A DNA stretch of 64,000 bases. Source: Dehalococcoidia bacterium. GTDB taxonomy: Bacteria; Chloroflexota; Dehalococcoidia; DSTF01; WHTK01. A program made the translations under genes and the position numbers. The notes beneath the pieces are model-generated. The model saw only the letters and a program-made list of their open reading frames with translations, ran no database searches and had not been told where the DNA came from. This document shows, one piece after another, positions 28,955 through 39,220 of the stretch (positions are counted from its first letter, which is position 1; every line of letters starts with the position of its first letter). Location: positions 1,328-65,327 of the forward strand of contig WHTK01000016.1 of the NCBI GenBank assembly GCA_009377745.1, given 5' to 3'.

Positions 28955-29803
28955 CTACGGCGACCAGGGCCGAGCCGGATTCGTGAATGCGCCGCGCCCA
29001 ATGAAGGAGCCTTTACTTGCAAGCTCTTCCTCGATCTCAAGCAAGCGGTTGTACTTGGCTGTACGTTCACCCCTCGCCGGGGAACCGGACTTGATCTGCG
29101 CGGCGCCAGTAGCGACGGCGAAGTCGGCTATGAATGCGTCGTCCGTCTCGCCTGAGCGGTGGCTGATGACACAGTTCCAGTCGGCCTCGTGACTGAGATT
29201 TACTGCCTCTAACGTCTCTGTGAGCGTACCGATCTGATTCAGCTTGATGAGACTGCTGTTGCATGCCCTCAGTTCTATCGCCTTCCGAATCCTTTGCGGG
29301 TTCGTTACGAGCAGGCCATCGCCGACGATCTGGCACTGCGCGCCCAGGCGTGACGTAAGGGAACTCCAGCCCTGCCAATCGTCCTGAGCTAGGCCGTCCT
29401 CGATTGAGCAGATCGGGAATCGTCTCGACCAGTCCCACCAGAAGGCAATCATGTCGTTGGTGTCGAGGACGGAACCTTCCTTCTTGAGGCTGTAGCTGCC
29501 ATCCTCGTGCAGTTCGTCCGTGGCCGGATCAAGCGCTATCACGATGTCTTCTCCGGGCCGATAACCGGCCCGCTCGATCGCAACGAGGACTGCCTCGATC
29601 GCCGCCTCATTATTGGGCAAAGACGGTGCGAAGCCGCCTTCATCGCCGACTCCACCTCTGATGCCCCGTTCGTGCAGCAGATTACTCGGCTGGGGCTGCC
29701 AGTTCCCTATGACCCAAACCTGCTCATCGAAGCCGTGCGCGATCTCGTGAACCTTGGCATGGCATGGGTAGAAGAGGAAGGACCGGAGCGGAAGATTTAC
29801 CAC
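28955..29803 (-). pseudogene. Enolase (phosphopyruvate hydratase) lacking the N-terminal ~140 residues - truncated copy
   Basis: GGVGDEGGFAP...SLIKLNQIGTLTETLEAV...SHRSGETDDAFIADFAVATGAAQIKSGSPARGERTAKYNRLLEIEEEL are enolase C-terminal barrel motifs; the ORF N-terminus is non-enolase sequence. Confidence 0.65.
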
Positions 29804-29895
29804 GGCCCGGATCGACCCATACCCAACGGTCTGCCGGTCGAACGATTGGCGGCTTTAACACGCGTTAATTGAGAACGATGCGGTGGTCCATGCGC

Positions 29896-30423
29896 TCAAC
29901 CTTCGAGAGATGCCCTCTCCTCAAATTGGGCGAGCGCCTTCTCACAGTCCTTCAGGCAGTCTTCAACCTGCTGGCGTTCCGGGACGCCCAGCACGTCCCT
30001 TGCAACGACCTGGGATAACCAACGACGGCGCTTTTCGAGGTCTTCCTCCAGCTCTTCCACTTGCACGAACCTGAAGTCTCCCGCCTCGGTCACGCGCTTG
30101 ACGTGATCGAGAAATCGTTGACAGATCTGGAGCAGGTCGACGTACTCCTCGCGTCGCACGCCGTTAAACGCGGTGCGCAGTTCCTCCTCCTGACCAGCAG
30201 GCAGATCCCCGACATAAAAAGCATTCGCCTTGCCGCCTAGCGTTTTGATTTCATCGACAAGCTTCTCGACCGAGGGCGTCAGCGAGGGCAGGTGCGGAAG
30301 TAACCAGACACCAGACTCGATGTGTACGGCGCCCAGCTTTCGCAGGTGCCGCCAAACCAGCACTCGTTTCCGCGAGGGCCCGGCAGGAAGGCTATAAGAG
30401 AGGAGGAGCCAATGGCTATCCAA
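29896..30423 (-). CDS. ChrB-N-terminal-domain-like protein (second paralog)
   Basis: WLLLSYSLPAGPSRKRVLVWRHLRKLGAVHIESGVWLLP. Confidence 0.4.
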   Translation of the reverse strand: MDSHWLLLSYSLPAGPSRKRVLVWRHLRKLGAVHIESGVWLLPHLPSLTPSVEKLVDEIKTLGGKANAFYVGDLPAGQEEELRTAFNGVRREEYVDLLQICQRFLDHVKRVTEAGDFRFVQVEELEEDLEKRRRWLSQVVARDVLGVPERQQVEDCLKDCEKALAQFEERASLEG

Positions 30424-30509
30424 TAGACTTGACCTCTTTCGCGCCCCTGACTAACATGCAGGCGAGATGTAATACCTATTACATTTTAACCGGACCAGGA
30501 GCGCCAGGT

Positions 30510-31274
30510 GGCATGAAAGACATTCTATTAGTCGCAGCGTCTTTTTTGGCCTGCAGCGTGGAGATGGTCGAGGCAATGACCATCGTCCTGGCGGTTGGCG
30601 TCACCCGCGGCTGGAAGGCGGCACTGGCCGGAGTCGGCGCCGGCTTTCTAGCGTTAGGCGTAGTCGTCGCCGCGCTCGGTCCAACACTCGTAAATGTGGT
30701 CCCTTTGGATGTCCTCCAGATCGTGGTCGGCACGCTTCTGCTGATATTTGGCATGCAGTGGCTCCGGAAGGCAATCCAGCGCGCCGCCGGCGTGAGGGCA
30801 AAGCACAACGAAGACCAGATCTTTCGTGACGAAGTATCCGAGCTCGAAGGCGAAGCATCGGTCGCCACGGCCGGCCTCGATTGGACGGGCTTCGTCGTCT
30901 CATTCAAGGGCGTATTCCTGGAGGGGCTCGAGGTGGCATTCATCGTCCTTACGTTTGGAGCCAACGAAGGTAGCTTTACGCTCAGCGCAATCGGCGCACT
31001 GGTTGCCTTTGTGGTGTTCACGAGTCTCGGTCTGGTGCTTCATCGCCCTCTCAGCCGCGTGCCCGAGAACTCAATCAAGTTCACGGTCGGGATCATGCTC
31101 GTCGCCTTCGGTACTTTCTGGGGCGGTGAGGGCATCGGCGTCGATTGGAAACTTGGAGACGTGACAATTCTCGTTGCCGTTGCTATCTACAGCGCGGTCG
31201 CCTTCCTACTGGTTGAAGCCATGAAACGGCGCTATAGAGCGCGTCTGGAGCCGAATCTGGAGGTGGCCCGGTGA
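30510..31274 (+). CDS. Polytopic membrane protein of unknown family (ORF opens at 30429; MKDILL start more likely)
   Basis: About 6 hydrophobic helices, internal duplication (EMVEAMTIVLAVG / LEGLEVAFIVLTFG). Confidence 0.4.
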   Translation, partial: GMKDILLVAASFLACSVEMVEAMTIVLAVGVTRGWKAALAGVGAGFLALGVVVAALGPTLVNVVPLDVLQIVVGTLLLIFGMQWLRKAIQRAAGVRAKHNEDQIFRDEVSELEGEASVATAGLDWTGFVVSFKGVFLEGLEVAFIVLTFGANEGSFTLSAIGALVAFVVFTSLGLVLHRPLSRVPENSIKFTVGIMLVAFGTFWGGEGIGVDWKLGDVTILVAVAIYSAVAFLLVEAMKRRYRARLEPNLEVAR

Positions 31275-31462
31275 AATACATCAAGGGATTTGGCTACTTC
31301 TGGTATGACTTCATCGTTGGAGACTCGATCCTCCTGGCGATCGGTGGCGTAGGAGCCCTTGCCCTTGCCTACATTGCGGTCGCTGCCGGGGGAGCTGCGG
31401 CCGCCGAGGTCGTCCTGCCCCTGGTGGTCATCGGCACGATCGTCGCTAGCCTTATCCACTAA
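31271..31462 (+). CDS. Small membrane protein (63 aa), GTG start overlapping previous stop
   Basis: (M)KYIKGFGYFWYDFIVGDSILLAIGGVGALALAYIAVAAGG. Confidence 0.3.
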   Translation: MKYIKGFGYFWYDFIVGDSILLAIGGVGALALAYIAVAAGGAAAAEVVLPLVVIGTIVASLIH

Positions 31463-31499
31463 CGGCTTACGTAGCCCAGAAAGAAGACGCTTGATGACT

Positions 31500-32290
31500 G
31501 AGATGCCCTTAAACGGTGGTGCTGCCAGACGCCGCTCACGGTGTCAAGTTCACCGACACCCTGGAGATCGACCAGGAGGCCCACCGGCTCTATGCCGGTG
31601 ACACCTGAGGCGCGCTTCCTGAAGACGGTGCGCATGCGGGCAGCCTCTTTGGCATCTGCGTTGCGAAGAATGTCAATAAGGTCTTCGTCGGGCTTTCAGG
31701 CAGTGGCCTCGCCATCATCGATATCGATCCGGCGTCGGCGACGGCCGATACGATTATCGCGCGCATCAGTACGGTGGTACCGGTAACGCCGGCCTCATCG
31801 ACTACGCCGCGGACCTCAGGAAGGTCTACATCGCCAACCGTAACGAGGGCTTCATGGCCGTGGTCGATGCGGTTAACAACGTCCTGTTAAAGAAGATCGA
31901 GGGCCTTGGCGGGGGTCTTGAGCAGCCGCGCTTCAACCCGTCGGACGGCATGGTTTACCTCGCCGGCAATACCGACGACGTCCTCTACTAGATCGACGCC
32001 TCGACTGACGAGCTCGTAGCCACCTACCCGCTGGACGAGGACTGTCACCCCAACGGCATGGCGATAAACCCGGACACGGGCGAGGTCCTCCTCGCCTGCG
32101 CCAATCGCCAGCGGCCGCATACCGTCATCTTCGACCTCAAGGATAAGAAGATTGCATCCGTGATCGGCGAATCGGGGGCCGGTGACGGCGCCGTCTACGA
32201 CCCCGTCGCTGGGCGATTCTTTTTCGCGGCATCCGGGTGGCATGACGCACCGGCCCGTGTCGGAGTCACCCGAATTGGCAAAGGGCGTTT
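31500..32290 (+). pseudogene. Decayed YVTN-type beta-propeller repeat protein gene (frameshifts + in-frame TAG)
   Basis: Fragments VKFTDTLEIDQEAHRLYAGDT, VYIANRNEGFMAVVDAVNNVLLKKIEGLGGGLEQPRFNPSDGMVYLAGNTDDVLY*IDASTDELVATYPLDEDCHPNGMAINPDTGEVLLAC across three frames. Confidence 0.5.
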
Positions 32291-33318
32291 TTATGGTCTA
32301 CAAGGCGAAGAAGAGGTAGGGCCAGCCCAGACCGAGCGCGACGAGGATCGCCACGAGCGGGACTGTCCGGAGGCTGCGCAGTAGAACAGGCGACGCGAGA
32401 AGCATCGCCGCACCGAGAAGAATTAGCACCCAACCGACATCCGTAAAGGCGGCGAGCCAGCCGCCAGCGATGAACAACGGTCCGAACGCGAGCGCCAGTA
32501 TGCCATAGAACCGGCGATCTTCCGCCTTCATCGTTCTACTCCTGCCGGTTCGGCTCTTGGAACTCCTCGAAACTGCGCAACATCCCCAACCTAATCTTAC
32601 CGCCGTTCTCTTGCGAAGACAGCCGCATCAGCACGACTGAATCTCGCAAGCGGTCCAATAAGAGTCAGGCCAAACTAGCGCTGAATTCTTTTTTGGCAAG
32701 ATCGAAGGTTGGACTGGAGTTGGAGCTGAGCAAGCTCGTTGTGGACTGTTTGGACCGGATTTGTGGACTGGATTTGGACTGACGCACGTCACAGTACTTT
32801 CAGGTCGCTCGAAATGGATCTCTGTCCTATCGCGCTGTAGAGGCGGGGGGTCGTCCTCATTCGCGAGCCGCGACGCGGGGGTCACTGCCAGGTCCCCTTC
32901 TCAAGCCTCGGCACTCTCACAAGCCGACTGGCCACTCGCTTGGCTTGCGCCAGTTTGAATGTCATTGCCCTCATAATCATGCCAGCTTCAAACGGACCAT
33001 CACCGCTTAGGATCCACATCGCCGGAATGGTCCTCGCGCATCTTCATAATTAACGTCGACTGTTCTATCAGCGTAACGCAGAACTTACGCAAACGAATCT
33101 ATTCCCTACCGTGGAGCGGTCGGCATCAGCTTAGAACTAATGTTTCTATCTGTCAATGCGCTGAGGGATACGACGGTGGCCTGTAAATGAATTTTGTGGC
33201 TGGATAAGCGATGCCTGGGAGGCTGGCTATCGTACTTGGACCTTCAACCAGCCGGCCGAATAGGCAATTAGCCTCATCCCTGGAAGCCTCATCTGTTCGC
33301 CTGTGTCGGCCCTGACGG

Positions 33319-33591
33319 TTGCTCCAGTGTCGTGGTACGATGAGTGCCATGAGGACTACCATAGACAAAGCCGGACGCTTGGTGATTCCCCGTGCCTTGC
33401 GCAATCGCATCGGTTTGGCTGGAGGCGGAGAGGTCGAAATCGAGGTCGACGGCGCTGCAATCCGCATCGAGCCGGTCGTTGGCGGCGAGCTCCGAGAGGA
33501 TAGCGGCCTGCTGCTCATTCCGGCGACCGGGAGGTCAATCGACGACACCCTAGTGCGCGAGCTAATCGATGTCGACCGACACAGACGTTGA
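33319..33591 (+). CDS. vapB: AbrB/MazE/SpoVT-family antitoxin (VapB-like)
   Basis: MRTTIDKAGRLVIPRALRNRIGLAGGGEVEIEVDGAAIRIEP. Confidence 0.7.
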   Translation: MLQCRGTMSAMRTTIDKAGRLVIPRALRNRIGLAGGGEVEIEVDGAAIRIEPVVGGELREDSGLLLIPATGRSIDDTLVRELIDVDRHRR

Positions 33592-34006
33592 CGGACGTCA
33601 AGTTGTCCTGCTCGACACTAGCACCGCCGTAGCTCTGGTCCTCGAAGATCATGAGGCCCACGACTCCACGCTCGACGCTGTTCGAGGCCGCCGGTTGGGT
33701 CTGGCCGGGCACGCCTGGTTTGAGACGTACTCGGTCCTGACGCGCCTGCCGGCTGGACTGCGTCGTTCGCCAGCCGATGCCCTGCGTATCCTGGCTCGCA
33801 ACTTTCCTGCCTCGGAATTTCTCGGTGCGGCAGAGGCGGCCGATCTTGTCAGAGAGCTTGCGCGGCTCGGCATCTCCGGTGGTGCAGTCTACGACGCGCT
33901 GGTTGGCGCGGCAGCGAGGCAGCACCGACGGTCGCTCGCTTCCCGCGACGCACGCGCGCGACCCGTCTACGAAGCGCTCGGAGTAGAGACCGAGGTCATT
34001 TCTTAG
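33569..34006 (+). CDS. vapC: PIN-domain toxin VapC
   Basis: VVLLDTSTAVALVLEDHEAH...FETYSVLTRL...GGAVYDALVGAAA; overlaps antitoxin stop. Confidence 0.75.
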   Translation: MSTDTDVDGRQVVLLDTSTAVALVLEDHEAHDSTLDAVRGRRLGLAGHAWFETYSVLTRLPAGLRRSPADALRILARNFPASEFLGAAEAADLVRELARLGISGGAVYDALVGAAARQHRRSLASRDARARPVYEALGVETEVIS

Positions 34007-34096
34007 TCGCGAGCGCGATGACGGCGTGGCGAACGGCACGCATTCATCGCCATCACTCCTTGAACCTTAGCTGTAAGGTGACTTGAGTCTGGACTA

Positions 34097-34576
34097 CTAT
34101 TTGGACTCTTCACTGCATCGGTCGCCTTGAATGCCTCCCAACATGCCGCGCAGAAGACCTTCGGTCGCTAGCCATTGTTGATTCGGTGGCAGTGCCACGA
34201 GTAGCCGGAGGGCTCGTTCGCCAACTGCCGGTGACACCAATGGGTCGCCGAGTGATCTCACTGTGTCGACAACGCGGGGCGTTAGCTGGAGGAGGCCCAG
34301 CACCTGCGTAACCCTAGCTCGGGAAACGCCAAGCTCGCGCGCTAGAGCCGCCCTCGAGCTTACCTCCCCATCAACCAGTCGCTGCTGCCACGCTTCGGCA
34401 ACAACGATGGGGTTACGCTGTTCACGCTTGGGCTTGGCTGGCTCTGCGACAAAGAGCAACGGTCTAATGCCGATCCGAGCTTCGCCAAACTCGAAGTTTG
34501 GTGCTGAGCTAGAGTGCTTGTAGAATGACCGAAGCGTTGCGAATACGCTAAGCTTCAGCGGAGTTCGGGTGTTCAC
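34097..34576 (-). CDS. ParB-HTH-only protein - repeat-module copy 2
   Basis: VNTRTPLKLSVFATLRSFYK...KPKREQRNPIVVAEAWQQRLVDGEVSSRAALARELGVSRARVTQVLGLLQLTPRVVDTVRSLGDP; conserved upstream ggctccgcgagccgggtgaacac + palindrome aacatatatgtt (34585-34600). Confidence 0.6.
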   Translation of the reverse strand: MNTRTPLKLSVFATLRSFYKHSSSAPNFEFGEARIGIRPLLFVAEPAKPKREQRNPIVVAEAWQQRLVDGEVSSRAALARELGVSRARVTQVLGLLQLTPRVVDTVRSLGDPLVSPAVGERALRLLVALPPNQQWLATEGLLRGMLGGIQGDRCSEESK

Positions 34577-34723
34577 CCGGCTCGCGGAGCCAACTTAACA
34601 TATATGTTCTGGCGGGCCGCGTTCGTCCATGGCGCGGTGGCCTTCAAAGCCGATCTTAGCGGAAGTTGCAAGCCGAACGCTGCAGCGTCCTATGATTGAG
34701 TTGAGTCCAAGAGACCTGCCGGG

Positions 34724-35500
34724 CTATGTCGTTTGCCCGCCGTCGATGACCAGGGCGTGCCCGACAACGAACGACGCCGCGTCTGAGCACAGCCAGAGGA
34801 CCGCGGCGGCGATCTCTTCTGGGGTTCCCAGCCGCCCAATTGGCTCCTGCGCGATCACGCGTTCGCGGCCTTCGGGAGTGCCGCCGCTGAAGCGCTGCAT
34901 CATGGCGGTGTCGGTGATCCCAGGGCAGATGGCGTTGATCCGGATGTTGGACGCCGCGTAGTCCAGCGCGGCTGACTTACTGAGGCCGACCACGCCGAAC
35001 TTGGAGGCCGCGTAGGCGACGCCACCGCCGAAACCTTTTACTCCGGCGCCGAGGAGGTATTGACGATCGCGCCGCCGCCCTGCTTGAGCATGAGCGGGCC
35101 CTCGTACTGGAGGCACAAGAACACGCCACGCAGGTTGATGGCGATGATACGGTCCCACTCCTCCTCTGTGGTCTCCGCCGCGGGCTTGGGTCTCCTGCTC
35201 AACGCCGGCGTTGTTGAAGGCGAAGTCGAGGCGTCCGAACGCGCCGATGGCCCTCTGGAGCGCCGCCTGCACATCCTCCGAGCGGCTCACGTCGCACCGG
35301 ACGGCGACCGCGCGCACGCCGCTCTGCTCAATCAAGCTGGCCGTTTCCCGGTTGGCCTCCTCCGCGAGGTCGGCGACTACGACGCCGGCGCCAGCGCGCG
35401 CGAACGCTAGCGCCGCGGCGCGGCCGATACCGCTCGCCGCACCCGTCACGAACGCCACCTTGCCCGCGAAGCTCCTGTCCTGGTTCATTGCAACCACCAC
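34724..35500 (-). CDS. Short-chain dehydrogenase/reductase (SDR), two compensating frameshifts in the middle
   Basis: [31 protein letters not shown] ... (other frame, ORF 35038-35274: [43 protein letters not shown]) ... [20 protein letters not shown]. Confidence 0.65.
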   Translation of the reverse strand: MVVAMNQDRSFAGKVAFVTGAASGIGRAAALAFARAGAGVVVADLAEEANRETASLIEQSGVRAVAVRCDVSRSEDVQAALQRAIGAFGRLDFAFNNAGVEQETQARGGDHRGGVGPYHRHQPAWRVLVPPVRGPAHAQAGRRRDRQYLLGAGVKGFGGGVAYAASKFGVVGLSKSAALDYAASNIRINAICPGITDTAMMQRFSGGTPEGRERVIAQEPIGRLGTPEEIAAAVLWLCSDAASFVVGHALVIDGGQTT

Positions 35501-35965
35501 CTTCCTCTCGTTGCACCGCTACAAGCGTTCACGGGTGCAGGAGCACCTTGATCGCTTGCCGCTGATCCATTGCCTGGTAGCCGGCGTAGCTGGCGGCCGC
35601 GTCTTAGGACGGTTACGGGACGACGGTGAACGCGGCGATAAGGGAGCGAGAACGCATTCTGCGAGATGAAGTGTTGGATGAGTTGCGCCAAGTGCTCGAG
35701 ATGGACGCGGCCGTGCAGCCGGGGCCGGCCGAGGTCGAACAAGTGCGACATGTGGCCACGATGCACCTCGACGCCTTCAACCGCCGATGCTGAGGGTGAC
35801 CGTTTCGCCACGCCCTGTTATGGCAGGTCGATAGGCTATTGGCACAACGGGAGGCTTTTGCAATCCCCGCCCTCTTTGCGGGAGATCTTCAGCTCTAGCT
35901 AAACTCTCTTAGACCTCGCCAAGTGGATTAACACCCTAATGCCTGGCAGCTAGGAGAATCTCTCA

Positions 35966-38011
35966 ATGGTGCGAAGCAGGGAGCGAGGACGAAGCAAGGA
36001 GCTGGCCTCGCGGGTAGACGAAGTGTTACTCACCGAACAATTGGGCTCGCGGCCGGCCAGACAGCGGAATTACATCGCCGAGCACTCTGCCTTCGTCACG
36101 CTGGCGCGCGAGATGTCGGCGTCGTCCAGTTCGTTCACCCAGTGCCTGTGTGATTTGGCCCTGGAACTCTGCAATGCAGGCAGCGCCGGCATTAGTCTTC
36201 TTAGCAGGGAAGATGGCACGGAAGCGTTGCGCTGGATAGCCCTGTCTGGGGCTTATGCTACCTACGTTGACGGGACCACTCCGCGCGATTTCAGTCCGTG
36301 CGGAACCTGTCTCGATCGCGGCAGCCCTCAGTTATTCTCCTATCCAGAGCGCTATTTCACGTACTTTGCGAAGGTGGAGCCGCCTATTGTTGAGGGGCTG
36401 GTCGTTCCTTTCCGCGCCCATGGCTTGGACTTGGGCACAATTTGGGTTGTTTCCCACGACGACAGCCATAGAGGATTCGATGCCGAGGACGCGAGAGTCC
36501 TAGAGAGCTTCGGAAATTTCGCTGCCGCTGCTCTCCAGCAGGTGCATCTCCGAGAGAACATCAGCGAAAGCGAGCTCGGTCTGCGTCGAATGCTGGATGC
36601 TTTCGGCCTCCCCGTGTACGCCACCGATGCCGAAGGTCTCATTCTCCAGTACAACGAACAAGCTGCGGCCTTGTGGGGGCGAAGGCCGGAAGTCGGCAAG
36701 GATATGTGGTGCGGCTCCTGGAGAATCTTCTCGACCGAAGGGGCGCCGGTCCCGCTTGATGCTTGCCCGATGGCGATTACTTTGCGAGAGAACCGGCCAA
36801 TTCACGATGAGGAGATCATCGTCGAGCGGCCTGATGGCTCGCGCCGCAGGATCCGGCCATACCCGTCTCCGCTCAGGGACGAGTCGGGCAAGCTGGTTGG
36901 CGCTGTCAACATTCTCCTGGATGTGACAGACCAGCGGCGGGGCGAAGAGGCCCTGGCCCGCCTGGCAGCGATCGTTACGTCCTCACAGGACGCAATTGTC
37001 GCGAAAGACCTCAATGGCATTGTTACCGCGTGGAATAGCGGCGCGGAGAGTATGTTCGGCTATTCAGCGGCAGAGGCCGTGGGACAGTCCATCCGTCTCA
37101 TCATTCCGAATTACCGCCAGGACGAGGAGGACCGAGTACTCGAGAGCATCCGCCGTGGCGAGCGAGTAGAACACTTCGAGACCGTGAGGCGCAGGAAAGA
37201 CGGGACGGAGATCCCAATTTCGCTCACCGTTTCGCCCGTAAAGACAGCCTCCGGCCAAATCATTGGTGCATCAAAAATTGCGCGAGACATCAGTGAACGG
37301 AAGAAGGCAGAGGCCGCGCTCAGGCAAGCTCAGGAAATGAAAGACCACTTTCTTAGCCTCATTTCACACGAGCTACGCAACCCGCTGTCGACGATTCTGG
37401 GCAATGGCATCTTGCTGCGCCGTCGAGCCCAGCAACAAGATGAGGCGGACGTGATTCAGGGATTGGACGACATTGTCTCGTCCGCCAGGAAGCTAGATAG
37501 CTATGTCGAAAACCTGCTCATTTTTCAGAGGCTTGAGTCCGGCCAGCTCGAACTAGACCTCTTGTCCCTTCCAGCACTTGCCGTAAAAGGCATTCAGACA
37601 TTCCAGACAGAGAACCCGGCACGCACTATTCGCTTCAACTCTCCGGAGGACGTCAAGCCGTGCTTCGGCCAAGAAGCCTTGGTGTCCTTGGTCATTCAGA
37701 ACCTGCTAGCCAACGCAAATAAATACAGTCCGCCCGAGACTGAAATCGATGTCAGTGTCGTGGCAAATGATAACGGCGACCCGGAGCTCCATGTGATCGA
37801 CCGTGGCATTGGTTTGAACAAAGAAGACATGGCCAGCATATTTACGCCGTTCTACCGCTCCAAGAAAGCGAGGGCTCAAGCCAGCGGTATGGGCCTTGGT
37901 CTGGCAGTGTGTAAGCGGGCCATGGAAGCTCTAGGCGGCTACATTCGCGTCCAAAGTCGCGTGGAAGGCTCCGACTTCTATGTCTGCCTCAAGGCTGCAG
38001 AAGCTGATTAG
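35966..38011 (+). CDS. Cytoplasmic sensor histidine kinase: GAF + 2xPAS + HisKA + HATPase_c
   Basis: 681 aa; H-box LISHELRNPLSTILG; G-boxes IDRGIGL, GMGLGLAVCKRAMEALGG. Confidence 0.8.
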   Translation: MVRSRERGRSKELASRVDEVLLTEQLGSRPARQRNYIAEHSAFVTLAREMSASSSSFTQCLCDLALELCNAGSAGISLLSREDGTEALRWIALSGAYATYVDGTTPRDFSPCGTCLDRGSPQLFSYPERYFTYFAKVEPPIVEGLVVPFRAHGLDLGTIWVVSHDDSHRGFDAEDARVLESFGNFAAAALQQVHLRENISESELGLRRMLDAFGLPVYATDAEGLILQYNEQAAALWGRRPEVGKDMWCGSWRIFSTEGAPVPLDACPMAITLRENRPIHDEEIIVERPDGSRRRIRPYPSPLRDESGKLVGAVNILLDVTDQRRGEEALARLAAIVTSSQDAIVAKDLNGIVTAWNSGAESMFGYSAAEAVGQSIRLIIPNYRQDEEDRVLESIRRGERVEHFETVRRRKDGTEIPISLTVSPVKTASGQIIGASKIARDISERKKAEAALRQAQEMKDHFLSLISHELRNPLSTILGNGILLRRRAQQQDEADVIQGLDDIVSSARKLDSYVENLLIFQRLESGQLELDLLSLPALAVKGIQTFQTENPARTIRFNSPEDVKPCFGQEALVSLVIQNLLANANKYSPPETEIDVSVVANDNGDPELHVIDRGIGLNKEDMASIFTPFYRSKKARAQASGMGLGLAVCKRAMEALGGYIRVQSRVEGSDFYVCLKAAEAD

Positions 38012-38069
38012 GCGATGTCTCATCTCTTGCACAAGACCCTGCCGTAGGCTACCTCTAAGGCAACACCTC

Positions 38070-38310
38070 TGAGCGCCGGCTTCTGGACGAGATCCAGGTC
38101 AATCTAGCCCACCGCTGGTTCCTTGGCTACGGCCTGGACGAGCCAGTGCCCGACCACGGCGTGCTCTCCAAAGCACGAGTCCGATTCAGCATGCAGGTCT
38201 TCGAAGCCTTCGTTATAAGACCGTCGACCTCTGCAAAGCAGCCAGCCTAGTCAACGGTGAGACGACTTTCGTCAATTCGACGTTCATGTGAGCCAACATT
38301 GCTATGTCCT
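38070..38310 (+). mobile_element. IS5/IS1182-family transposase internal fragment (frameshifted, about 80 aa)
   Basis: ERRLLDEIQVNLAHRWFLGYGLDEPVPDHGVLSKARVRF... then VDLCKAASLVNGETTFVNSTFM in the next frame. Confidence 0.5.
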
Positions 38311-38530
38311 CTCTCGAGCCCGCTGCCAGCCACGAGCCACCAGTACCGCGGCGCCAATACGACCTCTGCCGATGCAGTTGCTTAATCAAGTGAGAGCGTG
38401 AGCGAGAGAACCTACCAGCCGCGGACATCCTCAACCTGGTGTGAGGATTGTCCGCGCCAACGAGTGGAACGGCCATCGAGTCGGTGACCATCCGCCCGGT
38501 TCGCCCGAGTGCCAATTCGCTGCGAACGGT

Positions 38531-39220
38531 TCAGAAGATCGAGTAGCCGATCGGCTTGAAGCGCCAGTTGTTCGACTGCTCTGCCGAGCACGCGGTCAGC
38601 CCCACGATAAGGTCTATTTCTGCCCGCACGGCAAAGTGATCTCCCGCCTTCGAGATCGGCGGGCGTACGTCCACGCGGCCGTCGGCCGCCATCTCGATGT
38701 TCATGAAAACGTTGAAGGTCGTAGGTATGCGGTCGGAATCGATGCCGTGCTGGGCGAGCGCGCTGGCCAGATTGCTGAAGCAGCTAGGATGGCCACGATC
38801 GAAGCCGTAGAGGCGCTCGAACATTTCCGCGCTACAGGGCGAGAAAAGGAAATCGTGTCGCGCGACCGTGTCTTCGACAATCGTGAGCATGGCGGTGCTG
38901 CGGTTGGAGTAGAGGACATGGCCGGTGGTGAAGTTGATCGTGCCGGCGTAATCGATTGACCGGCCGGAGGAAAGCCATTCGGCACTATCGGCTAGAGAGA
39001 ACGCAATCAGGTCCGCCACCTGCTCACCCTCCAGGTCCGTGATGCGCAGCGTTCGGCCACGCTCCAAGCTGAAGGCGACGCCGGTCTGCGGTTCGATGCG
39101 GTTCTCCAGAACGGCCTTCATGGGGCGCTCCTCCACATAGAAAAAAACGGGGTTAATCGAAGTGTACCGGGCATTTCCAGGCCTCGCCGACGTTTCGGCC
39201 GGAGTATTGGCGAGCCTCAC
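38531..39220 (-). CDS. DUF1989 (urea-carboxylase-associated) family protein
   Basis: MKAVLENRIEPQTGVAFSLERGRTLRITDLEGEQVADLIAF... family call from memory of the conserved N-terminal pattern. Confidence 0.5.
   Translation of the reverse strand: MRLANTPAETSARPGNARYTSINPVFFYVEERPMKAVLENRIEPQTGVAFSLERGRTLRITDLEGEQVADLIAFSLADSAEWLSSGRSIDYAGTINFTTGHVLYSNRSTAMLTIVEDTVARHDFLFSPCSAEMFERLYGFDRGHPSCFSNLASALAQHGIDSDRIPTTFNVFMNIEMAADGRVDVRPPISKAGDHFAVRAEIDLIVGLTACSAEQSNNWRFKPIGYSIF

Noticed and set aside
27655-28986. Several long Arg/Pro-rich ORFs on both strands (e.g. 27922-28986 +, 27655-28239 -)
   Set aside because: These are typical high-GC antisense/off-frame artefacts. The CaCA transporter frame (27962-28933) has clear motifs and TM periodicity.
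32298-32531. 77-aa small membrane protein ORF
   Set aside because: Not rejected outright, but left out of the feature list. It overlaps the tail of the decayed beta-propeller pseudogene region and has no supporting signals beyond hydrophobicity.
34629-34961. 110-aa plus-strand ORF divergent from ParB-module copy 2
   Set aside because: It overlaps the SDR gene on the opposite strand, has a Ser/Pro/Arg-rich composition, and is not homologous to the short divergent leaders of the other copies.
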